Virus record (IMG/VR): IMGVR_UViG_3300042301_002170
Source of the DNA: a virus
DNA: 64,000 nt
Direction: 5' to 3' (one strand)
Numbering within the stretch: position 1 is the stretch's first letter; each line of letters starts with the position of its first letter. The notes beneath the pieces were generated by a model, which was not told the origin of the DNA, searched no databases, and saw nothing but the letters and a program-made list of their open reading frames with translations. A program made the translations under genes and the position numbers. Positions 41,316 to 50,865 of this stretch are shown piece by piece.

Positions 41316-43370
41316 ATGTATCCAAATTTTGAAGAGATATTAGAAGAGTTAAGTTATAAAGTAGGGATTGTTGATTTAACAAACGAATCCCACAAACAGA
41401 TATTAGTAAAACTTTTAAGAGAAAGAGGTATAGATTCTGCACAACAACTTACAGATAGAGCATCTGTTGTGTTTGAGTATATAAAAGAGAACACTCCAAA
41501 ACCAAAACGTATTCTTAAAGAGGATACTGTTGTAAAAGGCAAAGATTCAGGTAACATCTATACGGTTAAAACATTTAATGCAGATAGACACGTTAAACCA
41601 ACTCCTGCTGAAATAGAAAAAGCTAAAAAAGATAATGGTGGTAACTTACCATCAGAACCTAAAGAACCTGCTCAGGGTGCAAGTGTATTTGGTAATGATG
41701 GTGGTGCGAGTGTATTTCCTGAACCAACCCCTACTCAAACAGAACCAAAATCTGATTTTTCAGAATTAGAAACTGTAAATAAAAATTCATTAGATTCATT
41801 TGTTAAAAATGGATTTGCAAAAAGTGCGGGAGCACCTGGTACTGCTGGTTCTATGTTAAATGAAATCGTATCAACCACATCTGCTACAAATGTATTAAAT
41901 TCAAATGAAGATTTTAATTATGATTCTCAATTAGAATCCAATATTACAATATTAAAAGACACAGAATTGGGTAAAGAAAATGATGGTAATAAACCAGCGA
42001 GTGGTGTTAAAAAATCAGAAGCAGCCGAAGTTGGTAAAAAATATGGTATATCAATAGGACTTGCATCCAAAGCAATCATTGCAACAAGAGCAGCACAGAG
42101 TAAAACTAATCATGTAAAACAGGCAATCATAGAAAAAAACGGTATTAAAAACGCAACATCTATACCATTTTTTGGAGATGCCAAAGGTTTAAAAGCACAA
42201 GAAGCTGCCGTAAATACTACCAAAGGTAAAGTATTTTTAGGAAACACCGAAATTTCAAAAGAAGAAGCAACTGAAATCATCAGAAATAGTGGTGGGGGTG
42301 AAAACCCATCAGATACTGCTATATTTATTTTAAATAAAGATACTGGTGATTTACATATGACATTTTATTCCGATAAGGATAATGTAAATGCAATTGTTGC
42401 CCAATCTACAATCAAAGCCGAAGCGGAATTTAAAAAGAAACAAATTGATGATTTTGTTCAAAAAGGATTAATTACACCAGAACAAGGTGAAGTAGTTAAA
42501 AAGACAATAGTAAGTGCTATAAAAGATTATCAGCAATTAGAAACCGATTTAGATACGGTTGTTAATGAACCAATTATACATTTACAAAGTGTAGACCCTA
42601 ATACTTTAATAGAATTAACAAAAACACTATCTACTGGTGCAAATAAAGATAAGTATTGGAATGGTGATAAGAATGTAAGAGGAGTTGCTCAATTAATGAC
42701 AACATCCAAAAAACATATGGCATATTTACCAGATGGACACACTACTCCACCTACCGAAGTAGAAATGATGCAAGGATTTATTAAGTATGCATCAGATACA
42801 AAAAATACTTTAACACAACCAGAACAAAAAGTTTTATCAGAGTTATCAAATAAAACAAATGGTCCTAATTTAGGTCCTAAATTGGGTCAAATTAGAAAAA
42901 AAACCGTTGAAACCGATTTAAATTTGATTAAAAAATTGGATGAGCAAACTGTAAATATAAACGGAGTACAAGTTGGTATTGGAACTTTATTAGAAGCTGA
43001 ATCAGTAGCTGAAAAACTACACCTTAATATTATGTTTGGTGGTAGTGGTGTATATAAAGACGAGGATGCATTCTATCAAGAAAGTGGTGGTGTTGCAGTT
43101 AATAAAGCTACTATGGAAAAATGTTTTCCATTTGATGATAAAAATGATATGGTTTCTCATTTTGAAGTAGGTGAAGAAAGAGAAACTACTAAAAGAGGTG
43201 AAACAACTATAACAGGTGGTTCTAAAATAGTATATGCTATATCAAAAAATGGACAGAGATACCCAATAGGAGAAAAAATCCAACGTTCTAAGAGTGGTAT
43301 TTTAGGTAAATTACAAACAGTTTATAAATATCATCCAGATGTTCAGGCTTGTTTTGCTAAAAATGGATAG
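41316..43370 (+). CDS. Large hypothetical protein, probably late-expressed and possibly virion-packaged
   Basis: 684 aa ORF with TATTTATA at 41283-41290, an ILKE motif and a Pro/Glu-rich linker. Confidence 0.6.
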   Translation: MYPNFEEILEELSYKVGIVDLTNESHKQILVKLLRERGIDSAQQLTDRASVVFEYIKENTPKPKRILKEDTVVKGKDSGNIYTVKTFNADRHVKPTPAEIEKAKKDNGGNLPSEPKEPAQGASVFGNDGGASVFPEPTPTQTEPKSDFSELETVNKNSLDSFVKNGFAKSAGAPGTAGSMLNEIVSTTSATNVLNSNEDFNYDSQLESNITILKDTELGKENDGNKPASGVKKSEAAEVGKKYGISIGLASKAIIATRAAQSKTNHVKQAIIEKNGIKNATSIPFFGDAKGLKAQEAAVNTTKGKVFLGNTEISKEEATEIIRNSGGGENPSDTAIFILNKDTGDLHMTFYSDKDNVNAIVAQSTIKAEAEFKKKQIDDFVQKGLITPEQGEVVKKTIVSAIKDYQQLETDLDTVVNEPIIHLQSVDPNTLIELTKTLSTGANKDKYWNGDKNVRGVAQLMTTSKKHMAYLPDGHTTPPTEVEMMQGFIKYASDTKNTLTQPEQKVLSELSNKTNGPNLGPKLGQIRKKTVETDLNLIKKLDEQTVNINGVQVGIGTLLEAESVAEKLHLNIMFGGSGVYKDEDAFYQESGGVAVNKATMEKCFPFDDKNDMVSHFEVGEERETTKRGETTITGGSKIVYAISKNGQRYPIGEKIQRSKSGILGKLQTVYKYHPDVQACFAKNG

Positions 43371-43442
43371 TAATAATCTGTAAAAAATCGTTTTTAGTTT
43401 GTAATTTTATATTTATCCGTAAAGTTAATAAACTAATAATAG

Positions 43443-43850
43443 ATGAATACACAGTTATTATGTCTCTTTACTACCAAAGAAGAACTAGATAAATCATTAG
43501 AATTCGTTCTAAACCAATATATACTTACAAATCCAAACGTTTTTGTATTAGAAAGCAAAACAAATGTGGGAGAACTTTATATTACATTTAATGTAGAAAA
43601 GGGTTCTGTTGCAATTCCTTCCCAATGGAAAACAATTTTAGTTCATAGAAAAAAACAATCCAATACAATCTACACCATCAACGCACTTAACGAAGTAGTT
43701 AAATCAAAAACAGGTGGTATGCTAGATAATACTTATCAGTTAGAGTGGGATGAATACAAAAACTGTATTATTACAACATCTCCAAACGGATACAAAAAAA
43801 TTCCTACAAAAGTTTTTAAATCAATTAATATAGATAATTTGGAAAAGTAA
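43443..43850 (+). CDS. Hypothetical protein
   Basis: Clean ORF (LLCLFT, HRKKQSNTIYTINALN) with a TATTTATC variant upstream. Confidence 0.6.
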   Translation: MNTQLLCLFTTKEELDKSLEFVLNQYILTNPNVFVLESKTNVGELYITFNVEKGSVAIPSQWKTILVHRKKQSNTIYTINALNEVVKSKTGGMLDNTYQLEWDEYKNCIITTSPNGYKKIPTKVFKSINIDNLEK

Positions 43851-43869
43851 AATATTTTTCTTATATTTG
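43838..43869 (+). promoter_or_regulatory. Bacteroidota-type promoter
   Basis: TTTG-N20-TATATTTG; ATG follows 5 nt later. Confidence 0.8.
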
Positions 43870-43874
43870 TATTA

Positions 43875-44216
43875 ATGAAAGCAGAAAAATTCGTACCATT
43901 ACAGATTTCGGAAAACAATCCAAACGAACTATTTGAAAATCACCAAACCGAACTTGCAAAAGCAATAATTCGTGCAATAGATTATGCCCTAACAAACAGA
44001 AGAAAAAAAATAGATTTTGCAGAAGTAATTGTAAAAGATATTCTTCTTATTGCATTAACAATTAGAAGTGATGAATTTGATGGTTTGTTAGATGAAAATA
44101 TAAAAATTTTGGAAAAAAACGAAGAATACGAATTGTGCGCATTAGCAGTAAAACTTAAAAACAAAATAAAAAAAACAAATGAAGCAGTTACTAAAAAAAA
44201 TCGAATTGTGGATTGA
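43875..44216 (+). CDS. Hypothetical protein with a UVR-like helical C-terminus
   Basis: LEKNEEYELCALAVKLKNKI resembles the UvrB/C (EEYE.AA..RD) motif. Confidence 0.5.
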   Translation: MKAEKFVPLQISENNPNELFENHQTELAKAIIRAIDYALTNRRKKIDFAEVIVKDILLIALTIRSDEFDGLLDENIKILEKNEEYELCALAVKLKNKIKKTNEAVTKKNRIVD

Positions 44217-44307
44217 CATCCATGTAGTGTATTTTCTGTATAACGGAAACAAAACACAAAGGTATTACACAATGTTAGAAAAAAAGTGGGGAATTAAAAA
44301 ATAAGTT

Positions 44308-44664
44308 ATGTCAGAAACCAAACTAGAACAGTCGGCAATTGCATATTGCGAAGAAATTTATCCAGAAACGTGTGATGAATTCAAAGTTATTTTAAACGAA
44401 ATGTATGAAACATTTTGTAAGAAACAAAGAAACTACGGACCTGGTAATATTTCCGTAGGAACTGCTCTGCAAACCAAAGAAGATATTAAATTATCTTTAA
44501 CAGGATTGTGGTTCAGACAAAACGATAAAATAAACAGATTAAAACAATTAGTAGTTATGGGTCAACCAGATGAAGTTGGAGAATCTGTTGAAGATACTTA
44601 CCAAGACCTTTCTATATATTCCGTAATTGCTCAATTAGTGAGTAGAGGAAAATGGGCAAAATAA
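44308..44664 (+). CDS. DUF1599 / nucleotide-modification-associated domain protein (all-alpha NTP pyrophosphatase-like)
   Basis: FCKKQRNYG..NI, RQNDKINRL, ESVEDTYQDLSIYSVIA pattern. Confidence 0.7.
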   Translation: MSETKLEQSAIAYCEEIYPETCDEFKVILNEMYETFCKKQRNYGPGNISVGTALQTKEDIKLSLTGLWFRQNDKINRLKQLVVMGQPDEVGESVEDTYQDLSIYSVIAQLVSRGKWAK

Positions 44665-44689
44665 AGGTTTTTTATTGGGCAAAATAAAG

Positions 44690-44721
44690 CTTGGAAAAGT
44701 AAAAAAAATGTTGTATCTTTA
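44690..44721 (+). promoter_or_regulatory. Bacteroidota-type promoter for the SSB/replication operon
   Basis: CTTG-N20-TATCTTTA, overlapped by the inverted repeat TGTTGTAT/ATACAACA. Confidence 0.65.
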
Positions 44722-44819
44722 TACAACAAAATGTAAAAAGGTTATATTTAGATATAGGTAATCGCGATATAACCTTAAAATTTAAAACAATTTATTAACA
44801 CTTAAAACTTAAAAAAGCA

Positions 44820-45686
44820 ATGGACATTTCATTAGCATTAAAGAGATTTAGCTCTCTTCAAACAAACACAAAGAAGTCGGATTCAATTTGGAAACCGGCA
44901 AACGGAAAATCTCAAATCCGTTTAGTACCTTACAAATTTAATAAGGACAATCCTTTTATTGAATTGTATTTTCACTACAATATTAACAACAAAACTTATC
45001 TATCTCCAATTTCATTTGGTAGACCTGACCCAATCGTAGAGTTTGCAGAAAAACTTAAACGTACAGGTGATACAGATGATTGGAAAGCAGGCAAGAAGAT
45101 GGAGCCAAAATTAAGAACATTCGCACCTGTAATCGTAAGAGGTAAGGAAAGTGAAGGAGTTAAGTTTTGGGGATTTGGTAAAACTGTTTATCAGGACATC
45201 TTAGGATACATTGCAGACCCTGATTACGGTGATATTACAGACCCACACACAGGACGTGATATTGTATTAGAAGTAGTATCTGCTGAGGAATCAAATGCAG
45301 CATACCCAACAACTACAATCAGAGTTAAACCTGCGGTATCTAAAATCTTACCAGAAGCAGAAGCAGTAACTGAATTATTGAACGCACAAAAAGATATTAC
45401 GGAATTGTATTCTGAATTATCTTACGCAGAATTAAAATCAGTATTAGAAAATTGGTTAAACCCAACTGCAGGAGCTAACGGTGATAGTGATGAGGTTGTT
45501 GCTGAATTAGAAGCACCAAAACCAAAACCAACAGTATCACATGATTTAGGTGGAACAACGGAATCAAAACCAGTAGTAGATACACTACCTTGGGATGATG
45601 AACTTCCTATCACACCGGCACCAAAAGCAGCAGTAACAACAAAAGATGATGTTACTTCGGCATTTGACGATTTATTTAACAACTAA
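44820..45686 (+). CDS. gp32: Single-stranded DNA-binding protein, T4 gp32-like
   Basis: WKP..GKSQIRLVP, GRPDPIVEF, VIVRG.E.EGVKFWGFGKTVY, DITD..TGRDI, acidic tail ending FDDLFNN. Confidence 0.85.
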   Translation: MDISLALKRFSSLQTNTKKSDSIWKPANGKSQIRLVPYKFNKDNPFIELYFHYNINNKTYLSPISFGRPDPIVEFAEKLKRTGDTDDWKAGKKMEPKLRTFAPVIVRGKESEGVKFWGFGKTVYQDILGYIADPDYGDITDPHTGRDIVLEVVSAEESNAAYPTTTIRVKPAVSKILPEAEAVTELLNAQKDITELYSELSYAELKSVLENWLNPTAGANGDSDEVVAELEAPKPKPTVSHDLGGTTESKPVVDTLPWDDELPITPAPKAAVTTKDDVTSAFDDLFNN

Positions 45687-45698
45687 AATTAGTTACAA

Positions 45699-46802
45699 AT
45701 GGCAAAAAGAGAAGATGATTTAGCAAGTTTACTTGCCGATTCTCTAAACAAACAAAATAAGGATGGGAAGATTGCCTATTTCTTAGACGATGATAGTTCG
45801 GATGCACCGACAAACGTCAAAGATTGGTTATCTACGGGAAACGCAATGTTAGATGTTGCAATCTCAAACAGACCTTATGGTGGATTGCCAGTTGGTAGAA
45901 TAACAGAAATAACGGGTTTAGAGCAGAGTGGAAAATCTCTGCTCTCTGCCCATTTATTAGCTGAAGCACAACGTAAAGGTGGTGTTGCAGTTCTGATTGA
46001 TACCGAAACCGCAGTTAGTAGAGAATTTTTAGAAGCAATTGGAGTGGATATTTCCAAACTCCTTTATGTTTCAGTAGATACCGTTGAAGGTATTTTTGAA
46101 GCTTGTGAAACAATTATTGAGCAAGTTCGTAAGGGTGATAAGGATAGATTAGTTACAATCGTAGTAGATTCAGTAGCAGCAGCATCTTCGAAGAAAGAGA
46201 TGGAAGCTGATTATGATAAAGACGGTTATGCAACTGATAAGGCAATCATCATTTCAAAAGCAATGAGAAAGATTACCAATATGATTGGTAGACAATCTAT
46301 TGCATTAGTATTCACAAATCAATTAAGACAGAAGATGAACGCAATGTTTGGAGACCCTTGGACAACATCGGGTGGTAAAGCATTAGCATTCCACGCATCT
46401 GTTAGATTGAGATTGAAGAATATGGGACAATTGAAAGCAGGGGATAGAATCGTAGGTATTAAGGTTCGTTGTCAGGTTATCAAAAACAGAATGGGACCTC
46501 CTTTGAGACACGCAGATTTTGATATTTTCTTTGATAGAGGTATTGATAATTACGGTGGTTGGATTTCAGTTATGAAAGATGCTAAATTGGTAAAACAAGG
46601 TGGTGCATGGTACACATATACTGATATTGAATCAGGGGAGGAAATTAAATTCCAAGCAAAAGACTTCGTATCTATTTTAGAAGATGAATCTTTAAAAGAC
46701 CAAATCTATCGTAGAATCTGCGAAGCAACTATTTTACAATATAAAACATCAGCATCAGAGGAAGTTGAAATAACAACGGATGAAGGCAATGAGTCAGATT
46801 AA
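45699..46802 (+). CDS. uvsX: RecA/UvsX recombinase
   Basis: STG...LDVAIS, GLP.GRITEITGLEQSGKS, IDTE, VVDSVAA, FTNQLR, TTSGGKAL.FHASVRL, KNRMGPP. Confidence 0.93.
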   Translation: MAKREDDLASLLADSLNKQNKDGKIAYFLDDDSSDAPTNVKDWLSTGNAMLDVAISNRPYGGLPVGRITEITGLEQSGKSLLSAHLLAEAQRKGGVAVLIDTETAVSREFLEAIGVDISKLLYVSVDTVEGIFEACETIIEQVRKGDKDRLVTIVVDSVAAASSKKEMEADYDKDGYATDKAIIISKAMRKITNMIGRQSIALVFTNQLRQKMNAMFGDPWTTSGGKALAFHASVRLRLKNMGQLKAGDRIVGIKVRCQVIKNRMGPPLRHADFDIFFDRGIDNYGGWISVMKDAKLVKQGGAWYTYTDIESGEEIKFQAKDFVSILEDESLKDQIYRRICEATILQYKTSASEEVEITTDEGNESD

Positions 46803-47847
46803 CAAACGGTATTTAGATATACTAAAACAAATAGATAAAGAACATAATGAATTTGGTGATTTACATCGTAACTCCAAAACATTGATTATTGATGGTCTTA
46901 ATACCTTCATTCGTTCTTGGTCAACTGCTCCAAATCTTAACGATAATGGAGACCACATCGGAGGCATAGTCGGTACTTTAAAAAGTATCGGCTACGCAAT
47001 CCGTACAATCAATCCTACCCGATGTATCATTGTATTTGATGGTAAAGGTGGTAACAAAAGCAGACAAGATATATACTCTGGTTACAAAGCAGATAGAGGC
47101 AAGAACAAAATCAAAATGAGATTGAATCGTGCTGCATCTGTTGAAATGAATCAAGAAGAAGAAAGTGAATCAATGAGACGACAAATGTTCGGATTGGGTG
47201 AATTACTGTCTTCTTTACCAGTATCCATTATGATTTATGATGGAATCGAAGCTGATGATGTTATTGCTTACATCACTACTCAATTAAAGAAAGAAGATGA
47301 AAAGGTTGTGATAATGAGTTCCGATAAAGATTTCTTACAATTGGTAAATAAAGATGTGAGTGTTTATTCACCATCTAAAAAGAAAATCTACAATATACCA
47401 GAAGTGGTAGAAGAGTTCGGAATTCATCCACACAACTTTGTCAATTTCAGAATGATTGATGGAGATAAATCCGATAATTTAAATGGTTTACCTGGATTAG
47501 GATTAAAAACAATTATAAAAAACTTTCCAATATTAACTGAAGAAACGGTACAAACTACTGAATCTTTGTTAGAATATATCAAAGAGCAACCAAAGAAAAC
47601 AAAAGCTTACGATTTATTTCAAAATAACTTGGAAATATTAAAAAGAAATCGTAAATTGATGCAATTATCAGAACCAGAATTTAGTGGTACTATTCGTATG
47701 AAGATTATAGATAGATACAATGAAGATACTGTTAAGTTTGATAAGCAAGGTTTCTTAAAATTGGGATTAAGGCATAAAGTATTAGACGCATTCCCTAACG
47801 TAACTGATTGGTTACAAAGTACATTTTTACACATTTCAAAATTTTAA
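46789..47847 (+). CDS. rnh: 5'-3' exonuclease / RNase H (FEN-like)
   Basis: LIIDGLNTFIR, VFDG, YKADR, EADDVIAY, SSDKDFLQL, GDKSDNLNGLPGLG.KT. Confidence 0.9.
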   Translation: MSQINKRYLDILKQIDKEHNEFGDLHRNSKTLIIDGLNTFIRSWSTAPNLNDNGDHIGGIVGTLKSIGYAIRTINPTRCIIVFDGKGGNKSRQDIYSGYKADRGKNKIKMRLNRAASVEMNQEEESESMRRQMFGLGELLSSLPVSIMIYDGIEADDVIAYITTQLKKEDEKVVIMSSDKDFLQLVNKDVSVYSPSKKKIYNIPEVVEEFGIHPHNFVNFRMIDGDKSDNLNGLPGLGLKTIIKNFPILTEETVQTTESLLEYIKEQPKKTKAYDLFQNNLEILKRNRKLMQLSEPEFSGTIRMKIIDRYNEDTVKFDKQGFLKLGLRHKVLDAFPNVTDWLQSTFLHISKF

Positions 47848-47852
47848 AACAA

Positions 47853-48161
47853 ATGGCAGAAGAAAGATTAGCAAAACCGTTAGGAGATAGAGTTCTTTTA
47901 ACAGAATTAGAATCAGAGGTTTCACAGACAGCAGGTGGTATTATTATACCTGATTCGGTTAAAAACGAAGATATTAAAAGAGCAAAAGTAGAATCAGTAG
48001 GACCTGGTATTTACACACAATCTGGAACATTGATTCCAATGAATTTAGAAGTAGGTGATGAAGTAATCATTCCACCATACCATCAAGGATTGGAGATTAA
48101 AGTAGGTGGTAACAAATACATCTTACTTAGAGAATCAGAAATTTTAATGGTAGTTAAATAA
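47853..48161 (+). CDS. groES: Co-chaperonin GroES
   Basis: KPLGDRVLL, TAGGIIIPDS, VESVGPG, VGDEV, YILLRESEILMVV. Confidence 0.93.
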   Translation: MAEERLAKPLGDRVLLTELESEVSQTAGGIIIPDSVKNEDIKRAKVESVGPGIYTQSGTLIPMNLEVGDEVIIPPYHQGLEIKVGGNKYILLRESEILMVVK

Positions 48162-48183
48162 TTTTAAATTAAACACGGAATAG

Positions 48184-48402
48184 ATGAAGTGCATTAAAAA
48201 TAAAGAAGGAGAAATCCGCAGAGTAAAAGAAGAAGAAGCAGATTTAAAAGTATTACAATACGGTTGGGTGTTCGTTCCTAAATCAGAATGGAAAGCACTT
48301 CGTAAACCGACTAACCCCCGACCAAGCTCCGACCAAGCTACCGACGTAGCTGAGTTATCGATTGAGGAAAAAAAATTAGCAAGAAAGAAAAAAACTAAAT
48401 AA
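48184..48402 (+). CDS. Small basic hypothetical protein
   Basis: Fills the gap and is coupled to the helicase start (TAATG overlap). Confidence 0.55.
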   Translation: MKCIKNKEGEIRRVKEEEADLKVLQYGWVFVPKSEWKALRKPTNPRPSSDQATDVAELSIEEKKLARKKKTK

Positions 48403-49760
48403 TGGAAGCAGTAGATACATTGGTAAAGTATGGACAATCGTATCAATCTAAAGTAGTTGCTTCTCTTATATCAGATGTAAAGTTTTTAGAGCAGGTAAGT
48501 GAAATCACCAAAGCTGCATTCTTTGAATCCGAAGCAAATAAATGGATTATAAACGAAGTAATTGATTACTTTGGTGAATATCGTGCAGTACCAACAATGG
48601 AGGTTTTCAAAATCAAAGTTGGTACAGTTGAGGATAAAGGATTGAAGCAGACCATTGTTGAGCAACTGAAAAGTGTGTATCAACAAATGGAGGCAAATGA
48701 TTTGCCCTATGTTAAAAACGAATATCTTACATTTGCTAAAAATCAAAAAGTTAAAGATGCTCTTTTAAAATCTGTAGAGTTATTAAAGTTAGGTCAATAC
48801 GATAAAATTATTGACACTATGACAGCAGCATCCAAAGTAGGTGTTGAATCTGATTTGGGTTTGGATTATATTGAAGAATTCGAATCCATTATGGAAGATG
48901 TTAAAAGAGATTCAGTACCTACTGGATGGGATGTTATCGATGAACTAATGGATGGTGGTTTAGGGCCAGGTGAATTAGGAGTGGTCATGGCTCCGTCTGG
49001 TATAGGAAAGAGTTGGTTCTTATCAAAGATAGCTTGTTCGGCATTACAAAGAGGAATCGATGTATTACATTATACATTAGAATTATCCGAAAGTTATGTA
49101 GGACAAAGATATACCACTATCCTTACAAACATCCAAACATCCGAACATAAGGATAGAAAAGATGAGGTAATCAGAAAAATTAAAGCAGTTCCTGGTAGAG
49201 TTCGTATTAAATACTACCCACCACAATTTGCATCAGCTAAAACCTTATCTGCCCACGTTGAGAAGATGAGACAAATTGGTTTTAATCCACAACTTATTAT
49301 TATTGATTACGCAGATTTATTAAAATCTGGAAATGGTAGTAGAGATGGGTTGTATGCAGAGTTGGGTGGAATCTATGAGGAGTTGCGAGGATTGAGTGGT
49401 ATTGCTAAAATACCGATATGGACTGCAACACAAACTAACAGAGCAGCTATTGACCACGAGGTTATCCAAGCCGATTCGGTTGGAGATTCGTATAAGAAAG
49501 TTCAAACGGCTGATTTCATTATGAGTGTTAGTAGAAAAACAAAGGATAAGTTATCAAACACAGGTCGTATTCACATCGTTAAGAATCGATTTGGACCTGA
49601 TGGATTAACGTTTCCTGCGAAGATTGATACATTCACAGGTGTTATGGATGTGTTTGCAGCTTCATCGGCAGATGGTATGGCATCTACCAGAGATAGTAAA
49701 GATGGAGAAGGATTAGAGAAGAAATTGCTCCATAAAAAGTATGTTGATAATATGGGATAA
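48402..49760 (+). CDS. gp41: Replicative DnaB-like helicase (gp41-like)
   Basis: Walker A APSGIGKS, YTLELSE, IIIDYADL, WTATQTNR, KVQTADF, VKNRFGPDG. Confidence 0.92.
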   Translation: MEAVDTLVKYGQSYQSKVVASLISDVKFLEQVSEITKAAFFESEANKWIINEVIDYFGEYRAVPTMEVFKIKVGTVEDKGLKQTIVEQLKSVYQQMEANDLPYVKNEYLTFAKNQKVKDALLKSVELLKLGQYDKIIDTMTAASKVGVESDLGLDYIEEFESIMEDVKRDSVPTGWDVIDELMDGGLGPGELGVVMAPSGIGKSWFLSKIACSALQRGIDVLHYTLELSESYVGQRYTTILTNIQTSEHKDRKDEVIRKIKAVPGRVRIKYYPPQFASAKTLSAHVEKMRQIGFNPQLIIIDYADLLKSGNGSRDGLYAELGGIYEELRGLSGIAKIPIWTATQTNRAAIDHEVIQADSVGDSYKKVQTADFIMSVSRKTKDKLSNTGRIHIVKNRFGPDGLTFPAKIDTFTGVMDVFAASSADGMASTRDSKDGEGLEKKLLHKKYVDNMG

Positions 49761-49848
49761 TTGTATAAAATTTTCTAAAGAAAACGGAAAATTTATCCAA
49801 TCGTTACATAGTTATATCTACACTTTGAACAATAAATTTTAAAAAAAT

Positions 49849-50862
49849 ATGAGCAAATTATTTACAGAAAGGATACCATACAAACCATTTGAATATCCAG
49901 TTTATTATACGGAAGGTTGGTTACAACAAGCTCAGGCATTTTGGTTGCATACGGAGATTCCAATGCAAGGAGATGTTAAAGATTGGAACGAAAATCTATC
50001 GGTAGAAGAAAAGAATTTAGTTGGAAACATTCTTTTGGGTTTTGCTCAAACAGAATGTGCAGTTTCTGATTATTGGACGGGTATGGTTACTAAGTGGTTT
50101 CCAAAGCACGAAATCAAACAGATGGCAATGTTATTTGGTTCACAAGAAACAATCCATTCAGTTGCATACTCTTACTTAAATGAAACATTAGGATTAGATG
50201 ACTTCGCAGGATTCTTACACGATGATTCAATGAAAGCTAGATTTGAAAACTTAACTCAAACTACGGCAGATTGGACACCCGAAGATTTACAAACAAATGT
50301 AAAGGCAAGAATTGAAGTAGCAAAGAGTTTAGCAATCTTTTCTGCATTCACAGAGGGTGTAGCATTGTACTCTTCATTTGCAGTTCTTTATAGTTTCCAA
50401 ATGAGAAACAAATTAAAAGGAATTGGACAACAAATGAAGTGGAGTGTTAGAGATGAATCCCTACATTCAAAGATGGGTTGCCAATTATTCAGACATATGT
50501 GTGAAGAGTTTCCAGAACTATTAGAAGAAGCTAAATCTGCAATCTATCAAGCAGCACACATAATGCAAGGATTGGAGTTTAACTATATTGATAAGATATT
50601 TGAAATGGGTGATTTGGAAAACCTTAAAAAAGAAGACCTTAAAAACTTTATTTCACAAAGAATCAATGAGAAGTTACGAGAATTGGGTTATAATCCTACA
50701 ACAGATGGGGATGAGTATTTCACTTACGATACAGAATCGGCAAATCAATTAGAATGGTTCTATCATTTAACGGGAGGAGTAACACATACAGACTTCTTTG
50801 CAATGAGACCTACCGATTACTCAAAACCAGGTGAAGACGAAGATTGGTCTGATATATTTTAA
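49849..50862 (+). CDS. nrdB: Ribonucleotide reductase class Ia beta subunit
   Basis: FAQTE, ETIHSVAY (radical Tyr), FTEGVALYSSF, RDESLH. Confidence 0.95.
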   Translation: MSKLFTERIPYKPFEYPVYYTEGWLQQAQAFWLHTEIPMQGDVKDWNENLSVEEKNLVGNILLGFAQTECAVSDYWTGMVTKWFPKHEIKQMAMLFGSQETIHSVAYSYLNETLGLDDFAGFLHDDSMKARFENLTQTTADWTPEDLQTNVKARIEVAKSLAIFSAFTEGVALYSSFAVLYSFQMRNKLKGIGQQMKWSVRDESLHSKMGCQLFRHMCEEFPELLEEAKSAIYQAAHIMQGLEFNYIDKIFEMGDLENLKKEDLKNFISQRINEKLRELGYNPTTDGDEYFTYDTESANQLEWFYHLTGGVTHTDFFAMRPTDYSKPGEDEDWSDIF

Positions 50863-50865
50863 ATT

